Source: Raillietiella orientalis
Lineage: Eukaryota
DNA length: 64,000 nucleotides
Assembly: GCA_036172245.1 (NCBI GenBank)
Contig: JAYWIR010000003.1
Span: forward strand, 2,170,001-2,234,000
Direction: 5' to 3'
A model generated the notes under the pieces. That model searched no databases, had not been told where the DNA came from, and saw only the letters and a list, made by a program, of their open reading frames with translations. Positions 25,201 to 40,100 of the stretch are shown here, one piece after another. Position 1 is the first letter of the stretch, and each line of letters starts with the position of its first letter. The position numbers and the translations under genes were made by a program.

Positions 25201-28064
25201 CTCTTTCTTATTTCACTGCTGCTCATTTTTAACAGTGGCACTCTTATTCGCGCTGTCCTGGAAGATGCTGCAAGCATCTCTTTGAATCCCTTGGGGATTC
25301 CTCGACACGAGGATGATGTGGCTCCAGCCACAAATAGGTCTCCTTCATCTTAGGAACAGCTTCTTACCAATTCATTATGAAAATGAAAGCAAATCCGTCC
25401 TTCTGTTGAGAACCCCGCGAACGCTGATGGCTTAAAGGCACTCCAGATGATCCGCGCAAAGAGGAAGACCCAGAATTACAATTTCGCTTTGCGAATGGAA
25501 GTCCACAGTGCCCATCGGTTTCGCAATCATCTTCAATCCACAGAATCCCGGGATGCGCTTCACCTGTTTTTGTGAGCGGCACTGCGCGTGCTGAGCTTCG
25601 GGATTCGGTTCCCGAAATGTGCTGAATTTGACCTTTCAGACGAAAATTCACCGCAGTGGCGCAGTGCATTTCACGAATGCAACACGGAAGTCGAAAGGGT
25701 TTCCCTCGGCCAAGAAACATCCCACCCGCCGGCACGTGGAGCGCGAAAAAATATTTTCCTCCACTTCTATCGAAAATAGAGCCACGGTGGAAAGTTTCTG
25801 AGAGGAACGCCCAATGCATCTCATATGATACAATCGTATCCCTTTTTAAACGTAAACGTAAGGCATGCCAATCCATGTGTGGACTTCAGCAAACCCCACG
25901 TCAAATAAACCAATGGCTTTGTTACATAATTCAAACGATTCTTCGCTTTTTTGTTACTTTACATTCCATCAATCACGCAAGTGTACATTCAGCGAGGGCG
26001 ATACAAATCAGTCCCACGTGAGCGCGAGCGCACTCGAGACCCATCTATCCGAAGATTCAATAATCTTAAGTAACGGTAATTCCCCCCAAGCATTAGGAAA
26101 TGCATTGCGGATGCTGTGCTCCCCGGCATCAGCTCGTAATCGGAAAAACCCATACTTCATCGCGTCCGTGATGTAAAAACCAGCTCAAAGTGTAGAATTT
26201 CAGCTGAATTTATGGAAAAAAAAAAAAAAAAAAACCCAAATTGCTGCCGGATGATGAAATCTGGATCACTAAGATTAGGTGTTTCACTGGTGTTTAAATA
26301 ACACACACGCACGAACGTTACGAACTATTTGCTTTCTGACACTGCACTGAAGTCATGTCATATTTATGTGGAAGAAAAATGCCAGGGTCCTTAGGGTCCA
26401 ACGTACCTAAAAAAGAGGGAGGGGGGCGGGAAAAAAAAAAAAAAAGAAAAAAAAAAAATTAAAAAAAAAAGAAAGAGAAGAGCGGCAAAATAAAATCCCC
26501 AGGCATGCATGCCATAATCTTTTATTCAAGACACGCATAGGTTTATGTACCTTAGTCGTAAAATGGACACCCTGAAATGCAGCTGTACGCTGACATTAAG
26601 GGAAAGAACTGTAGCAAAATCTACACGTAAAAGCAAACAGTGAATGTACACGTAAGTACCTTTGAGTTTTGCACATTTTCTCCCTAAACAAAAATAGACA
26701 CGGAAAGAAGTGATCCAATTCATTAGGTTTGCAACGTTGTTTTTGACCATAAACAAATCTCATGATTCTGCAATGATCGATGAGATAAGCCTCGATGAGC
26801 AAAGAATCATTCCATCTTCATTTATGCTTTAACATCAACTAATTATTAACATCGATCTCCATTCTTCTTTCGTGTCAACATTAACATATTCATTCATCAT
26901 AAAAGAGCTGGGGAGCTGTTTCGAACAGTTCTTTCATGATTTCTCTTAAAGGTAACTCAATCCAAATCAAAACGTGATTAATGTTCACTGTGAAGGTCTC
27001 GTCAGAAATTCTTGCGATCATCTCAACTCCGACAATCAGCTGAAATTATTAATCACACCAAATCGAGATGATGTTTATTCGTATGTCCTTCTTATCAAAA
27101 TTCGATGAGCTCTTGCGGACTACCGGGACCAACACAAAACTTACGAAGATTTGATTTATTGGGTTTGTGAGGAAGGAAAGCGCAACTCAGTAATAGTTCA
27201 ATAACAGAGGGTAGTCACTTAAGTGACCTGCTATTATTAACTAATCGGTATTTTCGATACTGTTTAACCGAGCGTAAAGCTCCCCGGAAGTCATTTTTTT
27301 TTTTTTCTTCCAGGGAAAGAGAACGTACTTGTGGTCAGTTCGCCCTTATGAATCTTCAGCAATGCCATCGCCGAGGGATTTACCTCAATGCTTCATGAGC
27401 AGTCAAAGAAGACATGAAGATAGAATGTAAATCATCTTTCTAGGTGGATTCAAATCATGCACTCTGTATTCATGATTTGGGCATGTCTCTGGTTTGGAGG
27501 CGCGCGGTTAAACAAGTCGAGGCCATTTAACACGCGGAGCTTGCAGGGAAAAAAAAGACGTGCCAGAATGGGGGCCACGAGGCATTCTTTTCGGTGTCAT
27601 TCGGGAATAATTTCATTGCAGGACTCTTTATTTTGACGAGGAGTTTGTGTGTTCAAAAGCACTGCGGTGCCACCGAAGGCGCCACTGCTGGCCCGCGTAC
27701 ATCCAAAGAAAATCGAAGCATCCAGCATTCCGAAGTTGATGATAAGTTGGAGCTTTGTTTTCTTCTCTCTGCTTCGGAGCAGGAGGCAAAAAAAAAAAAA
27801 AAAAAAAGGCTAACGATAGGAAATGAAGCTCTCGCGTTTTGCTCAAAAGATCCAATAAAAAAGTCGCGATGAAATATCGTGAAAATCACAAGTGCCATTG
27901 CAAAACAATTTTATAGCTCCTTTAGCCAACGGGGTGCTTGCTGAAGAGCACTGTGAATGCCAACCCTTTTCCTTTCAAGTTGAAGTAATCTTTAGCTCCG
28001 TTGGAAGTGAACACAGTTTGTCCTCGTCATGATCATTGAAAGATTCACAATAAGTCAGGGGATC

Positions 28065-28106
28065 CTTTCGAGACAATATGAGCATTAGCTCATATTGTCT
28101 CAAAAG
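28065..28106. repeat. inverted repeat, 14-bp perfect arms plus 4 bp beyond one mismatch, 4-nt spacer
   Basis: CTTTc-GAGACAATATGAGC-atta-GCTCATATTGTCTC-aAAAG. Confidence 0.9.
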
Positions 28107-31100
28107 TCAGAAGATAATTAAAGTCACAAAGAGGAAAATAGCCACAAGATCATATTGTCAAAAGATAATGCTAAAAATTATTGCCACTGTGCATCGGCTG
28201 TCTCCCCTTAGGAGAGAGACACTGGTCGCGTTTGCGGAAGGTTTGAGCAGATGACCTCCCAGGTCCTTCCCTGCACAGCTTTACAAAATACGAGAGCAGG
28301 AATAGGGAGAGGCATGAGGAGCTCGTGATAAAAGACAAGAAGCCCATATGGAAACACTGGGAGCTGGCAGTCCCCATTCCAGGAGGAATTCGAAGCCGGA
28401 GGCGGATCTACTGCCTCGAAGGGAAAGTATTGGTTCTGGACTTCGCTTGCTTCTACGAGTACTTATCAATGGCACTGGCAAGGGGGGAATCAGGGATAGG
28501 GAAACTTCGCCTCCAGATAAGTGACCTTCACTTCCAGAGCAATCATCTGGGAAGTTGGAAATTCGGCCGGTGAGAAGCGAACCAGAGATTCGCCAGAAAC
28601 AAAAAGAGCACATCAAAGGGGAATGCCGTCTTCAAGCACACAGTAACATACATCGGGAGCATAGGCGGGGTCATCACAGGAGCAAGGAAGAGAACAACAG
28701 ATGGTCTGAGATGAACACTCGTCCCTTGCATTTGTGTGCGCTGATTAGGATGCAGTTTTGCCACTACACCAGGCACCTGCCATTCAAAAGTGAGTGCTTT
28801 CGGAAGGATCATAGCGACCGATGCAGATCGCAGTTTCCACGGCTCTGCTTTGCAGTCTGACAATGTGCTGCTTTATGTACAAACACTCCGGTGCACATAT
28901 CAAATTCCAGGACTGTACGAAACTTCCTGAATAGAATTCTTAGTGTTTATGTAAATTTTCTACTCTAGACAAGACAAAAAATACTTACGAAATTAATAAG
29001 AATGCCGACTTTCTAAGACTGCCTTCGATGCGGGAGAGTTCATTTTGTAAAAAAATAAAACTGAACGTTTTCCTTACTCCTTCGCACACCGTTATGTTTC
29101 CATGGACAATTCTCTTCCGGAAACACGGGATGTCCTGAAGGTATGGCTGACGAAAAAGATTCTTGGGGAGCGTAGGAGGGATATGTTTTTTTCAGTCATG
29201 TGAATGATATGAAGAATTCACCTGTTCAGCCTCCAAGAGCGAATTCGCTTGCACGTGCAGCGTTTCGTGCAGAAATGTGTTGCAGTACCAATGTGATTGC
29301 CAAAGGTCTTCAAACGCTCAAATATCTTCCTTTATTGAAGAGAAATACAATTCAAAAGTCTTATAGTTCTTTTCCTCGAGCTTTTTCGTTTCCATCGTGG
29401 GTTGCTTCGAAGAAGAAGGTGAGGAAGAGAAAAAGAAGTATGGCTGTTCCCAGAGAAACTTACGATTGAAATATCGATTTTCACAAAGATCAATCTTTCC
29501 TCGACCATTTGCTGCATTTTTCTGCCAGTTGCCTCCGCTGAAGGGTTTGGAAAGGAAACAGGCAAACGGGGTAATTTGGCATTTAGATTTCATTACCGAA
29601 TTCTGTTCTAGAATGCTTTTGGAATGACATTCCACGATGCTGCAGACTTCGAATTCTGCTCTGCAGAAAGGACAGTTGATTGGCAATCCATCCATGAGTT
29701 TCCACCTTATTGGTAGCACACTGATAAAGAAAAGCGCTCAAGAAAGAAAAGGTGATGTTTCCTGATCCAGGAGATCGCTCGAAAAGCGTGAGTTCAGAGG
29801 TCATGGGTCAAAAGTTTGTCATTATGCACAAGAAACCGCTGCTTGTCAATTTTTTGGCAAAAAAGACCACTTGTCTCTGTACCCCTGTAAGAAAATAAGG
29901 CGATTTGCCTCTTCATAATGTGTGAGCATTGAAACAAAGCATCTGCTTATGCCTCCGCTTACTGCCTCCCTTGATGAACCATGAGAAAGTAATAGACCTT
30001 CAGTTCTCGAGAAGTGCCGAGCCCGTTCCAAAAGCCTGAAGAATTGCTGAAACCCCATGTACCAGCATTTCGAGAGACTCTAATCTGCGAGTTGCGAACC
30101 CAAGCAGCAAAATCAAGACGTCCGCATCATCTCTATTTCCATTATCTTTTATGATGCATTTGAAGCAGTGGGTAGTACTTTTTCACTGACATCCATTATC
30201 TTGAGACCGTAAGTGCCAGAGGAATGCACGATGACCTCAGCAGCGTTCATGAAGTCGCCCCGTTCGGGATTCCGTAGTTCAAAATATCCAAGTCCGACAT
30301 CTCCAGCACGATCCGTTTGTGAAAGATGGGTGCTGCCGATCACAGATCGAAGCAGATGCCCTTTATCTTCTGAAGTTCAAATGTCTGGAAATCGTCCGCA
30401 GGCGTGTGTAAGAAACGAGCTGTTTGCAACGAGCTGCAAAGAGCAGTGGCCCAAAGCTCGAGAGCTCTTTGCTGACCTCAAGGGAGATTCCCGTCCTCCG
30501 TGGGAGGTCACTTTTTTTTGAAACTGGTAAATCACGACGAGCTGTGCTGTGAATCCCACCGGAGCACGGGAGGAATTTCGCAAACCTTATTCAATGGCAT
30601 TCCTTTCCATGTTGAGAGTTGTGCTTCTTTCTCATGCGCCTTGCTCACAGCCTTTTCACACTGGCTCCTTCCCAGCATCCTATTTTCCTATCGGTATCCC
30701 TGGGGAACGGTAAACACTGAGCGGAAACCGTTTATGCGGGCAAAATCGACTGGCTCGCATGGCGTTTAGTTGAAAAGTTCAACTACCTCTCTTTCAACTT
30801 CTGGCGAGTTCAAACAAAAGCCATCTTTGAAAGAGTTTACGTTGCCTTCGATTCTCCTGAACGACGCATTCATCCCGCGTGCTTTCGGAGCGAACGTTCG
30901 GCAACGGAGGGCTCGCTGGACCACTCATTTCTCTGTGCAGTTGTGTGAGGTAAGGATCGGCCCAGTGAGCTTTGAATCTCGGACGAGGGAATCAGAGCAG
31001 CCGCTGTTCCGAATGCTGATTCGAAAGCACGGGAAGCTTCACCTGCTCTCTTGAGTAGAGGAGATTTATTCCGCTACGATGGCTACCAGGCATCTGATCC

Positions 31101-34100
31101 GCCTGCTTTCGATTCTTTCCCAATGAATTTAGCGGGATTCAACACACACACACAAAAAAAGGAAGACTCTTCGTTAGCAAGCCGAGGAGGAGGAATCGTT
31201 TTCCTGCTTAGTTATCGTCAGTGTGCTTGATGGTGGCATTTTCAGCTGGAACGTTCCCCTCATCCGAGGTTGCTTTCCGTTTCCTTTTTCCTTTTTTGCT
31301 CCTTAAGAAGATCGAACCCTTACGATTCTTCACCGCAGTGCCTCTCGTTTGCACTGCTGATGCTGGGGAAAAAGTGCTGAAAATCCCAGTGGACTCCAGG
31401 AAGCCCAAGAATCGGTTGCTCCTCGTTCTGTGTGTTTACGAAGAGAGGAGCTCTTTCGCCTTTCAAGCCCATCATATTTCCCATTACTCTTTCCTGGAAC
31501 TCTTCTTGGATTTCTTATTCGCAGGAAAACATCTTGCAGATGAATGCGGATACTACTCATGTAAACTCTGATTCAGGAAGAATGCGCTTCCTCGGCTTCA
31601 AATTCTTCCAGCTACGCAGTACTCGCTTTCCTGAATGAATCCTTCCATTATGTACAGACTGCTCTTGGCAGCTGAGTTTTGAAATCTGTTTGCAGGCTGC
31701 TGATCGCAGCCGGAAGGCTACGAGACGCCTAATCAAAAGCAAGTTCTTGAATCGGCCAAGGCAAAAGAGCCGAGATGTTTTTCAGTCATCTAGGATCCCA
31801 GAGATAAATTTGGGTGCCTGCATAGCCATTTTGCCGCGCGTTCGTGGATAAAAAAGGTCAAATAAAATAAACCGTAAGGTCATCCCTGTGATCAGATGAA
31901 AGCATCAGAATAAGAGTGAGACTGACATCCCCTCCTTTCTCGGAATCACTTGTGAATGGCACTCCGTTTCGGAAGACCATCTGCAAGCATCTGCAACCAT
32001 CCGAGAGAGGGAAGGTGCAGCGAACGGTAACGATTTCAAAAGTGACATTAGTAGTGATTAGTGCAGGAACAGAGGTGAGGAGAATCTGGAAAGGAACCGA
32101 AGGGGCAGGCAAACTCTGAATACTTCAAGGAACAGATTTATGGCTATCAGATCAATCGGCCGGCTATCGGGAACGTTCTAGCGGAGCTGAACGCCCTCGT
32201 GCAGAGCGCGAATTCAGAACGAACCAACACAAACCGGATCAGTCTGACAAGAAGCGCAGCAGAGATCAGACACTGCAGAGAAACAAACACCGTTACGAAG
32301 AGATTAACCGGATCGTAAATCTCATTCCAAGAGCTTGGCTTCCACCTCTCGCCACGCAGACACAAAGAAACCTCGACAGCGTTCAGCTGCAGCGCCACCA
32401 TCGAGGGGCCATCGTCGCTGGAGGCTGCTGAGGTCCGAAAGCGAGACCATTTGAAGGAAGGGAGGAAGAGGAATGGAAAGCTCATTCGGAATGCAGGAAG
32501 GCAGAGAGGGGAAGAAGAAACAAATAAACACACCGGAAAAAAATTTCGCACCCACAAGCCTCGCATGATCGATGCAGGGCTCGGGTGTTGAAAAATCTTC
32601 AACCAAAGAAGGGAGCAGTTTGAAGATTTGAATGCTCTGCAGTGAATTTCCTTGTGACCTTGCAATTTGTAGAAATGCTGACTGATCGGCTCTTCAATCT
32701 AGGAATTCTCATTTGGAAACATCTCTCAGATATCGCAACGCAAGTCCGAGAGAAAAAGCGAGAGACTTCTGATCTTTCTATGCGATCCGGATGAATGCAG
32801 AATGTTTCCTCATCAACGACCCATTTCTTATGAACAAACATCAGTTTGTTTCTCCAATCTGACTTTACGATGATTTTAGAAGAATACATTTTCGAAGGAA
32901 CCATAGCCGAAAAAGATAATATCTTGCTGCCTTTTTCCTCCATTCCATGAAGGCCGAATTGTCCACTTGTACACACTTGCACACCACTGCCTTTATATTT
33001 CTTTCGGATTTGTGTAGGTCTGGAACCATCAATGGTAAGAAAAGTGGCTGTGAGGGAAGCTGCCGCTTTTCTCATAGGAAGAAAGCCAACGCTTGGCCTA
33101 AATGGTGGTGGTGGTGGTAGTGGGGGGGGGGGAACAGTGTTTCCATGGCTGCACTTTCAGCGTGCAGAATACGATGAAAGGGGGAAAAGTTCGTAATCTC
33201 AGAGTCTGAGAGTTAAGCAAAGAGGAAACTCAACGTAAGCTGCTCTTGGGCTCAACCGAATGAAGAATGAAGACTCATCCAAACCTCTAAACTACTGAAG
33301 TCCAACAGAACCGATGCCTCTCTCATGACCGATTTCATGATTTTCATTTTCTTCCATTTTACCACGACTGCACTTTTTCAGCTGCCCCTGAATGCATTGT
33401 CCCTGCAGCTGCTCATACTGCAGGCCGCCTGTGCAAAGAGCTGCCATCTACTAAGGATATAATGTACTACTTTCCTGCAGTTGAGTATAGACGTGGTCCG
33501 ACAGAGAATACGATGCAGGCACGGTAGAAAGTTCCCGGTTATCGATCTGCATGGGGCATGTGATGGGGCATTCTATTCGTTGGCATGTGGGAAATAAATT
33601 GGTTACCATTTTCCCCAGGATTTTTCACTTTCCGTGCAAATTTTTATTAACCTTTAAACTGCTTTTCCTATTATATGCAATGGGAAGGAATAGATCAAAT
33701 GATCATTTCCACTTTCTGGTGCTCCGTTCTGCATCGTCTACGGGACCGCAAAAAATATATATATATATATTTTCTCGTCCTTAGAATTGCACCGACTCAG
33801 TCAAAAACCGGAATCCAATACCTTTGATGTGATAGCTGCCCTGTGTGCAGTTTCCCAAAGCTCCTCTTAAAGGATTCAATTTTCATTCAACGAAAGCAGT
33901 TCGCATTTTCTTTCCTGGATAGTCACTCCACCTGCCGCATTTGCAGAGGGTTCCTTTACTAAAGTTCCGCTCTTGCGTTTGATCCCGGTCCATTTCATAA
34001 TGATGCAAGTTTCTGTTTCATCTCTGCTTTCGCTGCTCTTCGTGCACGCTTGACCGTTAGAGTAACCGAAAAAAACAATCCCATTTCTCCTCGGTGCTTC

Positions 34101-37100
34101 ATTTGAGGAGGAAGAGAGCTGTGTTTTCCGTGTCCGCCTTTCATAAACAAAGCTCGGTTCATGTGTTTTCAAACTGCCCAGAAATTATGACACACTGAGA
34201 TTGTGGAATCGCCAAAATACAGCCGGTAAGGGCGCCCTGCTTTCCAGAGAGTAGAACAAGGGTCGTTCCGCAGCTTCTATTCTCCGGGAACCTTCTATCT
34301 CGAGCATCAATTTAAAAGTTGTTTCTTCGAGACCCGAAGAGTCCAGAAGCCTCAAACCTTAAGCGAGACTGCATGAAGTGGAAACACCTTCTCTGGAAGC
34401 AGCCACTCGCCGATTCATGGGAAGGTGTTTCAGACGGAAACAACAACACTGCTTCCAGTTAGCTGAGATCTCAGCCATCTTGAGCATCTCCAATAAAGTG
34501 CTTCAGTAACAGTGAGGAAAATTTATGCTTTCTAATTAAAATTTGGACGCTGCATTGGTTCTGCGAGTTGTTAAAGGCACAGCTGAATGGATAGCTTGAA
34601 AATGGACCTCTCTTCATTCACAGCCCTCACATTCTCCATTCACTTTCATTCACTTTCCCAGCTACCAACAGCACATGACCAGCATCTTTTTCGGTCCACG
34701 CTTGCATTTCAATCAGACGAGTAATCCATTCGTGATGGCTGGAAGGATGCGTTGCTATGTACACAGCATGCGCTGGGTGCAGTGAGTAATGACGAATCCA
34801 TGATTCTCACTGAAAATTTAACGCAGGTAGGCAAGCTCCACTTCCGCAGAGAATAGAATGCACCGAAAAAGTCGGCGTCGTTTCAAATGAAACAACCGTA
34901 AAGATGTGATATTTCAAAATGCATCTAAATCTTCCACAGTGGACGTCGCTGCTGTCCCTTGTTGCCATACCATGTACCTTTCTTACCATGTACGATCCTT
35001 CATGGTTTCCTTACATGTCATTAATTTCACATCGAGTAGAAGGTATTTGCTCTCAAGTGTAGTAGTAATTTATTAAGCAGGCATACAGAAAATAAAACTG
35101 CAAAGGTGTGGAAAAAAATAGAGTGATCGGATAGGTAGACAGTCTTTTGAATAGATGGATTTGAAAGAATGTGCTTCCGAGCAATGCTGCTATTCCCAAA
35201 TAGGAACAGTTGAGTGGATCTCCAGGTCATGGATTAAGGATGCATGGAAGCTCGTCAATCCACAGATTTTTTCCGCGAAAGCCTCCTGTTCCAATATGCA
35301 TCCTTTCTCTTTCCGATGGGATTTACATTTTTCTTTATCTCCTCGATTCAGAGAAGCATTCCGTCCGGATGATTGCCTTTATTCGCAGCGAAATGAAAAA
35401 TCCCTTTATGAGTTTCTTCCAAACGCAATGAGTTTACGTCTTGCAGTCCAGTCTGATCGCTTACGCGCTCGGCATCTGTAAATACCCAGGAGGTCAAGGT
35501 CGCATGCAGCCGCGGTTAACGTTGCGAATCCGAAGGTGCGGGTCACCACGACAAGGATGCCAGGCAACTAAAACACACACGCTTTGCTACGAATGCCCTT
35601 ATCTTGCCGTTTGCAGAGTGCCCCACTTGTGCATCACCACGTATCCCCCCGCATGCTGCATGCTGAAACGAACCTGAAATCGGGACGGCTCGTTTACCTT
35701 TGGCAGTTTCGATTTTCCAAACTAGGAAATGGAACCCTCGTTCATTTCCTTTTCCACTGAAATCTTCGATGAAACGCCTGTAATGATTCATGAGGCTTTT
35801 TAACAAGTATTTGCAATCTGCAAGGCGCGTAGGAACGAATGCCACGGCCCTTTTTTTTTTTTTTTCGTTTGCAAATTCTAAATAATCCTGGGAATGGTTT
35901 CCTCTCGGCCGTTTTCATGCACCCACCATTTCTCGGAAATTTTGCCAGATTCCGCCCGTCGTCAAGTTTCCGTGGCAACGAACGCTGCATGAGAACTGAC
36001 CAATGAGGAAAAAAGTGCATCGCGAAGTAAGCGACTTGGATTTCATCCGAACGTCGCTGAAATGCTGATCCTTCTGCAGCCACGGTTACGCAAAACCGAA
36101 GGGGGAGAAGAGAGATCACAGCATCAAACTGAAAAGATCTCAGGAGACACCGCTTGACGTTTCTTCAGCTACACCTACGTGCGTTTCTCATGGGTCGCGC
36201 AGGGGCTTCTGCCGCAGAGCATTTCGGTGCGCTGTGTGCTCGGAGGCACCACCGTTCGTTCCGGCTCTGCCCATATTACCCGCGTGCGTAGCATCGCCAT
36301 CTTTCTCGGCGACCTCCTCCTCGGGAATGACGTGCGAAAAAGCTTCGCTCGCATGCTTGGACGGCAAATGTGTCTTCGAGTAGGGCTTCCATCTGAAGGA
36401 GCGCTGCGGCCACGCAAGAGGAATTGTGACCGTCAGGACAAAAGAAAATTCATCTAAAAATGGAATCCAAATAGGATGAATTGGATAGATGATCGAATGA
36501 GACGAGTAGGTGTAGCAGTAGTTTATCTTTGCAGTTGCTTTTATGGGAAGAGGAGAGCGGAAATGTGTACAGCCTCGTGACACCCATGTTCCCTTCATTG
36601 TCTGGGAAGGCTGACGCGCCGTAAAGTACCTCAGTTTCATGGAAGAGGACGCAAACTCGACCCTCATAAGGTGTATAATTGGAAGCCATAGCGAGCCTTT
36701 TTGCAGTATTTTAACACACTTATTCTTTCAGAAGCGATTCATGAGTTTCGGCAGCTAGGAAAAATTTTCCCACGATATTCTTGGAATAGAAGACATCGGT
36801 ATTCTCTCTGACGGGGCTTTGTACAGGGCGTTGGGTGTAACACCACCGACTCACATCCCTTTCACCCTCCGTATCCGTTCAGTTGTTAGAGATTGCTGTA
36901 CACATTTCAAAGTTTAAAACCACCGATTTTATAAAAGAGAACGAAGAAGGAATAGGTCAGGAGACATCAGGGGAGACAGTATATGGGAATGTATATGGCG
37001 TCCAAAACCTCCCCATATAAAATGCTCAGTTAAAGACTTGAGAATTCATTATCAATGCTTTCAATGATGGTGTCGGATTCCGGCTCGGAAAACCGAATCT

Positions 37101-40100
37101 TTTAATTTTCTCTCAAGAAGATCAATTGTCTTTCTCGGCAAGACATCCAGAGCCTGCTTTTTGAGCGCGCTTCCTGCATACTTATTCATCTACAGCTTTT
37201 TAGGGATCTCGAGAGAGACTATTCAGGTCACCACCAGTTCCCGGTTTTCAGAATTTGTTTGAAAAGAGACTGAGGAAGGGAATCTGAAGATGCATCAGGG
37301 CTCCTTATCCTATGGATGGAAATAACTTTGCGACTGCTTGCTGACAAAGACGAATGGCTGTAAAACAAGCGAGGCTCCTACTCTCACTCTTGAAAACTCG
37401 ATCCTCATATGAATCTTCTTTCAGCTACTTAGTGGATTACAAAATGTAAGGTTCTCAGCTGTACATCTGCTCTCTTCCGAGAATATAAGCAACACGCACA
37501 CACACATGCACACATATATATACGTGTGTTTTCCAGTGTTGCTTATATTCTATATATATATACACAACCCTTTTCTCTTGCAGTGACCGCGTACAGGGTG
37601 AGAACTGGACAGTTTTTTCGCCATGTCCCATCGCGGGAAGCCGAAGGATTTTTCGAGAAAAAGCTTCCCATCGAAAGAATGCAGTTTTTCTGCACATCAA
37701 GAAAAATGGATGCAAACTGAAGTTCTGAAGTTCGTGGATCTCCAAATTTGTCAGTAAATGAGAAAAACTTGCAGTCAGCCAGACGGATGCTGCACTTCAA
37801 AAACGAAAAAGCAGTTAAAAAAGAATTCCTCCTATACAAGTAAACTGATTTTACTTTCTGGAGCACTGCGCCAATGCCTTGAAAATTCAATGCAATTATC
37901 ACTTTGAAAAGGGAATGGAAATTATCGGAAAGCTTTTCGGAAATTCCATCTCATGAACTGCTTCTCTCGTGATAGGGGAGCAGCGGGTCGGGATCTCATA
38001 AAATTACGTATTCTTAAGAGCCCTCAGTATGTATTATGATTTTTTATGTCTATTTTTTTATTTTCTGAGGGGGAGGGGGAGAAGGGGAGAGGGAAGGGAA
38101 GACTAGAAACCCCCGCACAGTAACCTGCTTCGTCGAGAGCTCCAATGACTGGGAGTACCACTGTGAGCATCAGTGGATGATCCGTCTGGCTTTCGGAGTA
38201 TCCGGGCAGTCCCACTCCTCGTTCACCTCTTCGGCCTGCGTTCTTTCCCTTCGAGCACAGAACAGCTGTCCTGTGGAGGTCAACTCATCGCCCTCCTATG
38301 GAAGTGTGTGCTCGACACAGTGCCATGCGGTGAGCAGAACGCTTCAAAAAAGATCCCCAGTCTTCCTGCGAGGCGCCTATTCAGGGATTCAGGGGGGACT
38401 CCCAGCAGGTCTTGGGGTTCGGGCACCAGAAGAGAGCCTTTCACCCCTTGGTGTTCGCATCTTCATATTAATCTTCGCTGCTAGCAGGAACAACTCAAGT
38501 GAATTTATCGAGGTGCCTAGTTTGAAAGCTAAGGCCAAGGTTCATTCCAGTCTTTGGATGACGTTGTAGTTGGATTTATAGTCAAAGTGTGCATGAAACA
38601 AGAGAGAAGGCTAAAAATAGAGTTGGAATCATTTACCTATCACGGTGGAATTCGCCAAGGATGAAATCCTTTCGTAGATGACTAGCTCGCAGCATCTTCA
38701 GCGCTCGTATTATCTGCAAGCATTCTGGAACACACAGCTATTCAGAAAATGATAAAGTAGCATCTCATTCTCCTCCTTTTCTTCTTCCAAAGATGCTGAG
38801 AATGTCATTTCGAAATCTCTGCACGCTTGAATGTTATTCGATGCACGGGGCCGAACCTACTCTTTTCTTGAGGGGGGGAAAAAAAAAAAAATTTATGTCA
38901 GCGGCAGCGGATGTTTCCTTTTCAAGCTTCCGGTGTCGAGAAGTTTGCAGAGACGAACGTTCAAGGAGGAAAAATTCGACTCATCACGTGATCACTAACG
39001 CTCCACAGAGATCCTCGCAGCACTTCCAAATCTGCAATTTTTTAAAGTATTGTCTCTGTGAGTTGCAAAGCAGAGAATAACAAAGCGAGTTCCAAGTGAG
39101 GAACAAAAGATGAAATATTGCAAGGAGGAATTCTTGCAAGTGGGTCCACAGTACCCGAGAAAGAAGTTTGGATAGCGGCGATTGCGATCCATGAATCATC
39201 ACCACAGCCAGAAAGCACGAGGGAAGGTTTTCCCTCAAGCAGCAGACAGTAGCTTCCTTCCACCAGGAGGGATTCCTGAAAGGGGTTTTGCTGCGATCTC
39301 ACGGTGAATTTCCAGCACCTTCCACTAAGCGGAAGAAGCAGTCCCCGTGAACGAAACACGAAGAATCCCAAACTCAGGTTCCCATGAGTCTGAGAGCTCA
39401 CCAGTTGTCATCGAAATACCTCCAGTAAGGTTGCTTATTCCCTTCTTCCCCCCCCCCTTTTTCTTTCCTGAGTCATGATGAAGAAATAGGAATGCAGCGG
39501 TGCTCAGGCCAGCTCCATGTTCTTCATATCGGGCGCCGGCAAAAAGCATTTCCCCGTTCTGCCAATTGATGGCAAGTGGCAAAGAGAAAGTCGAGTCAAC
39601 TGCCAAGATCCCTACTCGTGCAGCAGGAGCAATGCCTTCTGCTGTCGTTTCTCATCTTCAGTCGGATCCCAGCTCTTCTCTTCACGTGTTTCATCAATCA
39701 TTGCTACATGGGATGATTGTGACTCCCTACCTGTGCATTGATCCTCTTCTTGGGAGAAACGAAAGAACTTAGCGAAGAGTGAGCAGCCAACACATTGGAG
39801 CAGTTGCGTCTTAGCTCCCGAAAATGGAGCTGCCACGATTTCCAGGTTACGTTTTCTATCCCCTGAGAGAACCGAAATCACTTCCACTGGCTTTGGAAAA
39901 CAGCAGGAAATCTGGCAACACGATCCGGAAGGAAGCTTGATTAGAAGATCCCAGCTGTCGAAGACACGGACTCGCTACTTGAAAAGTGCATTTCATCTAA
40001 CATCAGTCTCTCCATTTATCCCGGTTTTCAACGCCTCTCGGTCGGAGGACCTCCCCCACCACGAGTTTCACCTAACTTCGGTTTGCTGACTGTTCAAGCT

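Noticed and set aside
35247..35256. GAAGCTCGTC match to the start of miR-993-3p
   Set aside because: Only 10 nt, with no complementary 5p arm upstream.
35418..35429. TCCAAACGCAAT partial match to miR-219
   Set aside because: The seed is absent and there is no hairpin.
37592..37600. TACAGGGTG resembling a Tc1/mariner MITE terminus
   Set aside because: No matching inverted terminus found nearby.
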